A program made the position numbers and the translations under genes. Of a stretch of DNA of 64,000 nucleotides, positions 26,201 through 38,200 are shown piece after piece; the stretch's first letter is position 1; each line of letters opens with the position of its first letter. The notes beneath the pieces are model-generated. The model did no database searches. It had not been told where the DNA came from and was given only the letters and a program-made list of their open reading frames with translations. The stretch is from positions 20,070-84,069 of the forward strand of contig JAZGAD010000014.1 in assembly GCA_036444275.1 (NCBI GenBank), written 5' to 3'. Origin of the DNA: Candidatus Hydrothermarchaeales archaeon. GTDB lineage: Archaea > Hydrothermarchaeota > Hydrothermarchaeia > Hydrothermarchaeales > JAZGAD01.

Positions 26201-29200
26201 GTCAGGTGGAAAACGAGACATCCCCCGCTGGCATCTACAACTGCACCTTCCTGACTAACAGCTCTGTGCCCACCGGGGCGTATAATATCACTCTTACGGC
26301 TAAGAAGTCCTACTACAACAACATCTCTACAGATATAGAATACGTCTTTGGTGTAAGTTCCTTCTTCTTGGAGACCAAGCCCGCTCTTGAGAGCCCGACC
26401 GTGGTTTCTAGGATGGCGAATGGCTCCATAGGGGATGGTGGTTGGGGTGAGGACTGGACTTTCAGCGTGAACGTGACGGATATTGACCTTGATAATGTGA
26501 CGGTGAAGCTTTGGCTTAATCTGACTGGCACGTGGTCCGACGAGGGGACTGCCTATGTAGTGGGGGAGAACCAGACCGTCAGCTTCACGTTCAACGATAC
26601 TGACAATGTCATTACTTCGTCTCATATTGGGAACAGGAGTTTCAAGTTCAATATTACTGATTCTAGATTTGCCAATGAGACAGATATCGTGAATTTCACT
26701 GTGTATAGGGACGATGTAGGCTTTGCGGTAGTGAGTGGGAATGGCTCGGCGAATAGGAGTAGTCGGCCTTCTTTCCTCTTGAGGGTTCAAATGTGGGATG
26801 CAGATACTGGAGACCCCGTAGGTACATTCAGGAATGCCCGTTTCTATTATACAAAGGATGGAAATACGAGTAATTATTATACTTACTCGACTAATACTGG
26901 CCCTGGTGGGGAATATGCAGAGAATACATTAGATCTATCAAGTATCGTAAAAAGCTGTGCTTATACGATAGGTCCTCAGTACTGGTTTGTGGATTACAAT
27001 TACGACTTGGCGAGTGACAGTGAGTTGAAAGAGACTAACTCCACCCTTTATAACTGGACGCTCATTACTGATCCCTTGGTTGTCTCTATAGTGAGCCCTG
27101 TAGATGAGGAATCCCGTTTGAAGGGGGTAGATTCTGTGAATCTTACGGGGAGGGTTACAGATGACTGTGTTTCTGAGCTCGGGGGAGTTGAAAACGCGAC
27201 GGTGGTCTTTAAGATTGTGGGTTTATCGACAACAGATACGTTCACCGATGTAACTAACGGATCAGATGGCTGGTATAATTATACTATCAATGATACCAGC
27301 GGTTATCAATACGGGAAATACAATGTCACCATGAATGTGAGCAAGCAGTATTATAATAGTACTGTGGAGGTTGAAGTGGATGCGTTTGCTTTGGCATCCG
27401 TGCCTGAAGTTTCAGGTCTGGATGCAGAAGACGATCCAAGCGTAAATTCTTATGCGACCGAGAGCAGTTGGGGAGAAGTCTGGGTGTTCTCTGCTACTGT
27501 AAAGGATGCCGATTATGGTAATGGTAACGTAACGTTATGGGTAAACAATTCCGGTTCGTGGATACCTCAGAATTCTACACTTCGAAGTTTTACCTCTGCA
27601 GGAATAGGTGTAAGCTTTAAAGAATATAGCCTCTTCACCGGTGATGATGTCGGTGTCCAGTACTTCAAGTTCAACGCGACGGATAATTATAATTACACGG
27701 ATGAGAAGATGGCCAATGTTACTGTTAACCCTGATGATCTGTACATTGATTATGTCTCGGGGGGCGGTGATACGGTTAACAGAGAGGGCAGTGGTACTGT
27801 TAGGTTCATTGTTACTGCTTATGATAAGGATAGGATCATGTATCTGGGAGCTGGTAGGAACGGGAGCTTCTGGGTCACTACCACTGGCGTTGTTAGCGGG
27901 CCGCGGGATTCGGGGACGGTTAACTATACCAACGGCTCTGGTTATTTGATACTGGACTTTGATCCGGATTCCAATGTCCATGGTGTTGGGACTCAGTACT
28001 TGGATGGAGGGATATATGGTGATTCGTGGTATGTCGATAGGAATCTTTCCCAGGACGATGTCACGAATTATCCGGTAACTATTGTAGGCCAGCTCAAGGT
28101 CAACTTGGAGCAGCCCTATGATCCTTCGGGTCAGTATGAAGCGATTGTCACTGACAATATAACCATCAGGTTTAATGTTTCCACCGACAATACCTCCATG
28201 GGACCGGCTTCAGACCTGCAGGCCGATGCAACCACTTCTGTTGAGATAATTGACTTCGATGGAAATGTCCTGCCATCCGCCTGTAGTAGTGCAGGCGAGG
28301 GGAATGGCTGGTATAACTGCACGTGGGATACGAGCATAGGCGGGTTGCTTGAAGGAAACTACAGCATAAGGATAAACTCCTCTTTCACCCCCAATTACAA
28401 CCCCAACTCCACTACTTACATTAACCTGACGAGGCTTATAAACACCGAGCCCAATGGGACCATCGCAAACACCACCCTCAACGTCACTCCCCCCGCTGGC
28501 GGCTGGGGCGAGAACTTTACCTTCACAGTGAACGTAAGCGATACCCAGGGCGACAACGTCACCTGCATCCTATTCGTAACAACGGACAATGGCACAACCT
28601 GGATGACGAAGGGGGAGAAGTTAATCACGGACACCAAGCCCGAAAATAAAAAGATATGCGAGATAAATACCACCTTCACCAGCGACGATATAACCTACTC
28701 AAATAACGCCACCTTCAAGTTCCAGCTGAACGATAGCACCGAGGGCAACATCTACAACACCACGAACGGGAGTGGACCGGTGATAGAGCCGGATAATGTC
28801 ACGGTTTCATATGTCTTCGGCGGGTTGCGAGTGAATAGAACCTCTGATGGGAGTAGCAGTGTGCCGTTGATTTTGAGGATCTATGACAACGATACTGAGG
28901 GATACGTACCTCAAGGCGTAAACGGAACCATCTGGATAACCGTGAACGGTAGCGATTACGATCCAGGTAACAGCAATCTTACGAATGACTCCGGCTACTT
29001 GATCTACAACTTCACTCCATCATGCTCCAACTATGACCTAGGCGTACAGTATTGGATTGGCGGGGCCACGGATCCAGCCTATGAACGGAAAAACACGACG
29101 CAGAACTTCACCTTTGAGATACAGGGAGTTTTGGAGACTGCCATTACAGCACCAACCGGACAGCCAAGGTACCTGAAAGGCAGTCAGAATGCAACCCTCA

Positions 29201-32200
29201 AGGGGACCGTAAAGGAGTGCAGTGCCGACCCAAATGTGGACGATGCCAACGTTACCTTCAAACTAACCGCAAAACTAACCAACCAGACCTACCAGTGCAC
29301 GGGTACTCTCCTATCCACGGGTACATATAAATGCGACTTGGACTTCGCAGCTATGGATGCCGGCTGGTACGATGTCAAAATGAATTCCTCCAAGGCGTAT
29401 AATTACAATGACAGCGTAACCAGTACCGATGTATTTTTTGTGGTTTCAAAGCCCGAGCTGAGCGACGCCAACGTGACGAATAGAACAGGCGGCTGGGGCG
29501 AGAGGTTCACCTTCACAGTGAACCTGACAGATGAAGATGAGGACAACGTTACGGTTGGGTTATACCTCAACAAAGATGAAAGCTGGGAACTGAAGAATTC
29601 CACGAGCGTGATTGGAAACGGAAGTAATCAAACCGTCACCCTGACCTACGCTGGTTTTACCTTATCCGATATGGGTGTCTGGGAGTTCTATTTAAATGCA
29701 ACCGATAATAGCACATGTTCGCCATTTTGCCCAAATACAGTGACGACACCGGTTGATAACTTTACCGTGGAGGAAGATGACGTTCGATTCGAAGTAGTTG
29801 CCGGCGATGGAGAGATGGTATGGAGAAATGGATCGGCCAGTGCAACAAGAACACTAGAGGTCCAAGTTTTCGACGATGATAGGAATGTGAGCATAGACGG
29901 ACCTAAACTCAACTTCTGGATTACGGTAAATGGCACAGATTGGAGACTCGAACAAGGTGGGGAAGGAGGTGATAGTAACGGTTACGTGGACATCAACTTC
30001 AAGCCAACATGTGCCAATGGCTACCAGGTGGGGATACAAGACTGGAAGGTCGAAACCACTGGTACCACGTTAGATTATTATAAGGCAGTCAATTCTACAA
30101 ATTACTCCATAAAGGTTCAAGGGGAGCTGAACTTAAGTATCCTGATTCCCAAGTATCCATCATCTTACCTTGCGGGGACTTCTGTTCCGCTATCAGGCAA
30201 AGTGATAGATGACTGCGGTGCAGATATGGATAATACCTCCACCTCAGTGACTTATACCTTCAAGAGGGGAGGTAGCGAATATTCGAACAGCACCACCATC
30301 TATGTTGGAAATGGTACCTATAACTCCAGCTGGGACAACCCGCCAACAGTATACGGTTATTATAACCTTACGATGACTGTGAGCAAAAGTTATTACGGGA
30401 TTAACAGCACCAAGGAATTGAATGCGACATTTATATCATCTAAACCTTGGTTAGATGATGATACTGCAGACCTAGACTTCGAGAGTGGGGGAGATGGTGG
30501 CTGGGGAGAAGACTTTACCTTTAGCGTACAGGTCTTTGACAATGATCTGAACGAAGTAAATGTAAGCCTTTGGAAGAGGCAGCAACTCGAGGACGGTAAT
30601 TGGAGTAACTGGAGCCTGATAGACTCTGCGATGAAAAATGATACACAGTGGACATATTTCACGACATCCTTTACATCGAGCGACATGGGCCTCAACTCTT
30701 GGAAGTTCATCGCCGTCGATACGTGGAACTATACCAACGAGACCACTGTGAAGAACTTCACAATACTTCCAAATGATATAGAAATCAAACAGTATGCCGA
30801 GCCGGGAGCTGTAGGGCGACTCTTATCCCCGCAAACTTTAGGGGTCAAATTTAAGGATTCAGACAGAAACGAATATACCAACGGGATCAATGGGACGATA
30901 TATATAACCGAAAAAGGCTATGACACAGACCACAACTGGACTTATGAATGCGTAAGTGAAAACGTGGGTATTTTTAATGGAGTCTGCGCGGTTGAATATC
31001 CTCCGAATTGTACCTCAACTATAGGCATACAGAACTGGATAGTCGAGCTCACGGATCCCAGATACAAGACCCCGATCAATTACACTAAGAACATCACGGT
31101 GAAGGGACAACTCAACACCACCATATTGACCCCCAGTGAGGATAATACCAGCGTAAATCGGAACACATCAGTTGTGCTCAAAGTAAATGTATCCGATGAG
31201 TGCAAAAACACCATAGACACTGCCCAGGTAAGTTGGAAAAACGAGACAGAAGATGAGATAGCAATAAACGACACCAAAGACGGGATCAATGGGACGTACA
31301 TCGCGACTTGGAATATCTCGGGCACCTACAAGCTTGGTCCAGAGACTATTTATGCCACTGCTTCCAGCGTAGACAACTATTACGATGCCAATTTTGATAC
31401 TAATTATTCAGATAATATCGGCGTCTTGGTGTACGGCTGGAGCTACATAAAGACCATGTCTCCAGCTAATGGCACAGAAGTTCGAGCCGGGAACAATCAA
31501 CAAGTAACCTGCACTGTCTACGACAATAGCACTGGTCAATCCATATCCGACTACAATGTGAGCTTCTACGTGGACGGCGTATACCGGAATAGCACAACAA
31601 CGGTTGGTGCTACTGCGACTTGGACATGGTACGTCAACACAAGTCACGGTAACAAGAACGTATCCTGCGACATAACCGACGACTCGGAGTTGTATTATAA
31701 CATCACAAGCCCCAACGAGAACAGCACAATAATAAAGGTCGATAGACCACTCCTTATAGACAGCATCTCAGTCAGCCCCGACTCCATTTGGAGGAACGAC
31801 TCCTTCTGGCCGACCAAGCCTATAGAAACCACCATCACGGTACACGTCTGGGACGCCGACCTTGGTAATGCTGTAAATGCAACGGTCTGGTTCAACATTT
31901 CGGACGAGATAAACAACATATCTTGGAGTCAGACGAACTCCACTGGCTATGCGAATATAACCTACAACCCACCTTACAACCTGACACCCGGTATGCACCC
32001 AATACGTATCAATGCGACGCCAGCTAATGAAAGTCTCATAGCGGCTTCAGCCACGAACCTAACAGAGGTGCAGGTCAGGGGAGTGTTGAACGTGAACATA
32101 ACCGCTCCTCCCGATCCTCTACTCGAGTTCTCTTTCAAGAAGTCAGAAACGATTTGGCTCAATGCTACTGTTACCTCTGAAAACGGCGATGTCGTGAATG

Positions 32201-35200
32201 CCACGGTAAAATGGTTCAACGTAAGCACTGTCAACATCGGCCTGAACGACACTAACGAGACCATGTGGGATCCTGACTTATTGGCGCAACAGGATACCGG
32301 GGAGGACCTCCTCATCAATGCTACAGCCTACAAGGACTACTACGACACGAATTCCGGCTACCTTTTTATAAATATAACCGGCACAGCCAACGTCTCCTGG
32401 GTCTCGCCAACACAGGGACAACAATATCCAAATCCCTTCAACCTTACCTGCAACGTCACAGACAGTGTCTCAGGAGCAATCATCTCTGGATACAATGTTT
32501 CCTTCTGGTACAAATATCCAAATGAAAACTTCACCTACAATGGTACCATACCCACAGATTCCGAAGGAAATGCCACCTATATATGGACGCCTCCAAAACC
32601 AGGGGAACCCTATATGACCTTTATGTGCAATATAAGCGACTACACCGAGGAGAACTACAAGGCCTCCGACGACAAGAACTCCTCCTCCATGAACATTCCG
32701 GTAACAGATATGACGCCGCCCTTCTTCGACACCTTCCTAGTCACGCCCAACGAGAGCATAGAGGCATGGGAGACGATAAACATAACGGTGAATGTTACAG
32801 ACGACAAGGGGATAAATGTAGTCTATGTCCAGATCGGGGAATACAATGGCACCCTTCAGAACTACACAATGAATAACCTCACACCAGTTGAGCCAGACGA
32901 GCCAGCTATATACTTCTACAACTATACGCCCGAGTGGGGCGGAGACTACAACGCCACGATATACGCCGAGGACACGTCTGCGAGGAACAACGGCAACTGG
33001 TCGCATACTGAGTACTTCACTATATGGGGCAAGGCAGATGGAGTTACAGATAATACACCTCCACCTCCATCCCAAGTGGCACTCTATAACATATACTACG
33101 ACCGCGGGCAGACCTTCAATTTGACCATAAACTTCACAAACAATGGTGATGGCACAGCATATGCTGTCAACCTCACGATCTACGATAACCAGCCTACTTT
33201 AGTCATCAACTATACACCTAACTATAAGTATCCTAACTATATGCAGCTGTATGACGTAAATGCAGGCGTTACGAACCTAACGGAGGTTAATGTCACGATA
33301 CCAGCTGCAACTACAGCAAGAACTATTTATATCTATGGAAACGTGACCTGGAGAAATCCTGATAAGACAATTAACTCGAGCATAGCGCAGACAGTCGTGC
33401 TGGTATATGAGAACCCGGTGCTAAACGTTACCGACGACTCCTATCAGCCAGAGTTGCAACTGGAAGACGTCCGCCATGGAGATAAGAAGGAGGGCACAGT
33501 AATAGTGCAGTCCATCGGGAACGCGAACATCAGGAATATCAACATATCAAGGGACGATGGAGCGCTGGACAACCTCGGTACCGATTGTCCGTACTGCAAT
33601 GTAACCTTCAACGACGATACTGTATACAGCATCCCCAGCCTACCCTTAGGCGTAACCTCTACGGTTACAGTAGTCGTGGATGTGCCTTTCGGTCAGGCTC
33701 CAATGTCGTACACAAGCCACATAAAAACAATATCAGAGAATGCAGCGGCAAAGACCATTCTTATGAATGTTACTGTGGCAGGGAATGCAACGTGGTATGC
33801 TGAAACGTCGTATGCCGACCCCAGTACACTCGGCAATATAACCGCCTTCCACCCCAATCAAAGCGGGTACACCAAAGGCACTATGGGCAAGATCACTCTT
33901 ACAAATATAGGCAACGTGAGGATATCCTATGCGATTACAGTCCCGCATAAAAACACCGAGATGAATGGAACCACGATAGAGGTTAATGGCCAGTATCCAC
34001 CGGATCCAGTCTCGATCCCTGAGCCCTACCTACAGCCTGCTGGAACGAAGCGTACGCTGGAGATAAACTACACCATCCCAACTACTGCCGATAGAGGGCT
34101 GTACTGCAAGAATATAATGATAGATGTAACTAAGGCAGAGCCCGTAAAGGTTGAAGACGCGAAGCCGTTTTCACTCAATATTCCCTTCTGCCTTGAGGTA
34201 ACTGACCCGAAGTACAACTGGAGCCATTCCAAGACAAACATCTCCATGGAGGTCATACAGGGCACAGACGGCTTCCTCGGCACCTTGAACATAACCAACC
34301 TCGGGAATGTCGAATTTTACTTGGAGGTGAACAAATCCGTCGAGATCATAGCTGTCTCCAATCTCACCCTAGGCCTAGGTGTTAACAAGACCCAAGAGGT
34401 ATCCTTGAACTACTCAGCTCCAGTAACTCATGAGCTAAAGAACTATACGTATTACTTCAAGACCGTGAATGCATCAGGAGAGCCAACTGAGAGGATAACG
34501 TACATCAACCTAACGGTCCAGCCCTACTTCATAAACATAACCCAACCCACAAAAGACGCTCAGAAGAAGGGCGTGTTCGGTGGCGATGAGATTCTTATCA
34601 GGGTGAACGTGACCTATAATGGTACAGCGGTAAACGACACGGGCGATATGAACTGGATTGTAACGCTGTTCAACAGCACCTACTCGAAGGACTATACTCC
34701 ATCTGCTCCGCTTGATGAAGTTTACGACAATGTAACTGAGCAATTCAACCTCACCATACTTGTCCCCAATATAGCCCAGAGGGCCTATGATTTGAAGGTA
34801 ACAGCCACTTACTCACCAAAGAACCTTGTGCTCGCTGATGTCGAGAATGATGCCATAGTCTATAATGATACTATCGACCCAGTGCTTAACCTGGTGGTGC
34901 CAGGAGAGGTAACCGTGGGACAGTCCGTGGAAATCCTCCTGAACGTGACAGACGCTGGATCGATAAATGAGTCGACGGTAAGCGCGAACATAACGGATCC
35001 CAATCAAATCACCTTCGATCTGAACATGAGCTCTATCGACAAACAGGGCGATACTTACCGGTACAACAACGTATCCATCCCAACCCTGGAGGGCACCTAC
35101 ACCATAGATGTCACGGCCTGCGACGTAAGCGGACGTTGCGCGTCCAACAGCACGTCCTTCAACGCCTACATAAAGGTAGACATCAATGGCACTGCTAAGG

Positions 35201-38200
35201 ATTCAACTAGTCAACTCGCGGAGGTCAGCTTCAAATTCTATGACAACGGCACCACTAATCTCGCCCCGAATGGTAGCTTCAGCAATAACGTGACTGAAGG
35301 ATACTCCCGCACCTTCTACGCAAGGTTCTATGACCTTGAGATAAGTGCGTTTGGCCATGTCATAAAATTCGAGAACCTGAATGTGAGTGACCACTTGAAC
35401 GATCCAATACGCCTCGACGAGTTCAAGGAGGGCGATATCTCAGAGAACAACTTGAATCTACCTCTCGGAAGAAGGCTTCTGAAAGGCATTGGGGTTAAGA
35501 CCAACTTTACGAATCTGACTACGGAGAAGGTGACTTTGATCCTCAACTACTCCGGTACAGTGCCAAATGATGAGGACTCGATAAAGATATACAGGTGCCC
35601 TGGCTCAAGCTGGACCTTCGAGCCAGATAGCGCGAGGGGATGCACAAACTGGGAGGAACTCGGAGGTACCCCATACAAGCCGGCGCAGACCATACAATTT
35701 GAGGTTGAAAACTTCTCAGCCTACGCTATCACCGAGGAAAAGCCAACAGTGCCTCAGATAACTCTTACCGCTCCAACGGGCGGCGAGACATGGGCCGACA
35801 ATCAGAGCATTACCTATACCTACTATGATCCAAACGGCAACAACCTGGATGTCTACATATGGTATAGCAACGACTCCGGTGCGACATGGAACTATATATA
35901 TAATAAGACTTACACCGACACTGGTACTCAGAAGACAGGTTCCTATTCTTGGGATACTACAAGCAGACCAGATGGAAGCTACCTGATCAACATCACCGTC
36001 ACAGATACAGATGGAATGACGAATGAAGACATCTCTGGAGCTTCCTTCACCATAGACAATATCGACGATGATCCACCTACGGTAACCCTCACAAAGGAGC
36101 CCTCGGATTCGACGTGTTCCCAAGACCTATTCTTTGAGGGAAAGGCAATCGATGCGAGATCAAACATCAGCGCAGTAGAATACCGGGTGGACGGCGGCAG
36201 TTGGATAAACGCTACTCCAATAGATGGTGCCTTCGATTCCCTAGAAGAAGAGTTCAACTTCACCACAGGTACCCTATCCTTCGAGAGCCATGCCATCGAG
36301 ATCAGGGCTAACGACAGTTCTGGCACATCTGGGTATTCAACACCCCTCTACAAACCCAAAGAGGTTACGAGGGCCTGCCAGGAGATAAAAATACCCTCCG
36401 GCGGAGGTGGCGGTGGAGGTGGCGGTGGAGGCATCTCCCCCACCTGCGGTAACGGCATTTGCCAGCCAGGTGAGAACAGTGAGAACTGCCCACTGGACTG
36501 CGCACCCACAAACGCGACGAACGCATCAGTGATCATGCAGAGGGAGATAGAGCGCCTACGTGAACAGCTCGAAGAGATCAGGCAGACGATAAGTGATACC
36601 GCGAATGAAACCGCTGAGAGGGTAAGGACGATGCCTACGATTTCTCCCTTCACGATACAGACGAATCTCGCTGAGGTAGAGCTTCATCCAGGAGAAGAGA
36701 AGTGGTATTCCATCTGGATAAGCAACCACTTGAGCAGGGACCAGAAGGCAAGGCTCTCAGCCATGGGCGTTGGAGCGCAGTTCATCGAGATGTACGTAGA
36801 TAGTGTCAAACTCTTCACCGAGGCGACTGTCACCCTAAAGCCGGAGAGCACGCAGCACATAAAGGTCAGGGTCTATTCCCTGCCGACAACGATACCAAGC
36901 ATATACACTGCCGATATCCTTCTGAGGGTAAACGGCCAGAACCATACCATACCTGTGACCATAACTATAACGCCTGAGAGAGAAGCCCTGCTCGATGTCA
37001 AGGTAGAGGCGCTGACCAAGAGGCTCACTCCAGGGAAGCTCATCAAATATCACGTCTCGCTTTACAATCTCGGCTTCAAGAAGAAGTTCGATGTGCACAT
37101 GGTATACAAGATAAAGGACGTCGAAACAGAGAAACTCATCGACTGGTACGAAGAGGAGCTAGCCCTAGAGACGACGCTCTCCTTCGTGAAAACATATCCA
37201 ATGGAGAACCTCACCCTCTCAATCGGCAGTTACTTCATTGAGATAGAGGCGATATACGAGAAAAATAGGACCGCTTCTGCAGCTGATATATTCGAGATAG
37301 TGCAGCCGTTCTGGAATAGAACGAGGAGGCTGGGTGTTCTAGCTCTCATCCTGCTCATTACTGCCAGCGCAGCTGGATATAGAGCTAGAAAATGGTACTT
37401 AGCCCAGAAACTCGCGAAGGCCAGATACCTGTTCCCAGTCGCGGAGGATAAGCTCCCCAAGGGCGAGCTCTGGCTCGGCAAGATAGCTGAGACAGACATC
37501 AAGGCAACCTTCGATATGGACGACCTCATGGTGCACTGTATCACTGCTGGTGCAACCGGCTCTGGAAAGAGCGTCTCGGCCATGGTAATAGTTGAGGAGG
37601 TATTGAAGCAGAATATACCGGTAATAGTCTTCGATCCAACCGCGCAGTGGACAGGCTTCGTTAGGCCGTGTAGAGCAGAAAAGATGCTTGCTTTCTATCC
37701 CAACTTTGGGTTGAAGGAGACTGACGCTAGGCCCTTCAAGGGTATGATCTTCGAAGTGACTGATCCCTTCGAGATGGCTGATATAGACTACCGCAAGTAC
37801 ATGAATCCAGGCGAGGTAACAATATTCGCCTTGGACAAGCTCGAGCCGCAGGAGTTCGACAAGGCGGTAAAGAACATCATTGACGCGCTTTTCAAGATAT
37901 CCTGGGAGGAGTCGCCTCACCTCAAGGTCCTTATAGTGATGGACGAGGTCCATAGGCTGCTTGAGAAATACCTGTCGATGGGCGGCATAGTCTCGGAACT
38001 GGAGGGCTATAAGTCCATCGAAAAGGCATGCAGAGAGTTCAGGAAGTGGGGTATAGGAATAATCATGGCCTCCCAGATATTGTCTGATTTCAAGGAGACA
38101 CTTAGAGGAAACGTCATGACTGAGATACAGCTCTTTACAAAGGCAGAGGAGGACCGGCAGAGGGTAGCTGACAAGTACGGCGCAGAGTACGCCCAGAGGA

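Larger units (their letters stand above)
8290..31450 (+). repeat. Array of 23 'GWG' protein modules (about 240-355 aa each) within the giant ORF
   Basis: (G/Y/S)W(G/S)xxxxF-type motifs at 8338, 10072, 10789, 11860, 12571, 13564, 14284, 15292, 16297, 17284, 18325, 19330, 20359, 21424, 22411, 23416, 24448, 25435, 26440, 27466, 28501, 29491 and 30499. They are typically followed by DD(V/I)...NR, N.SGY...F.P.C...G.Q.W and, in most, D(D/E)CG...G.Y.C. Confidence 0.9.
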
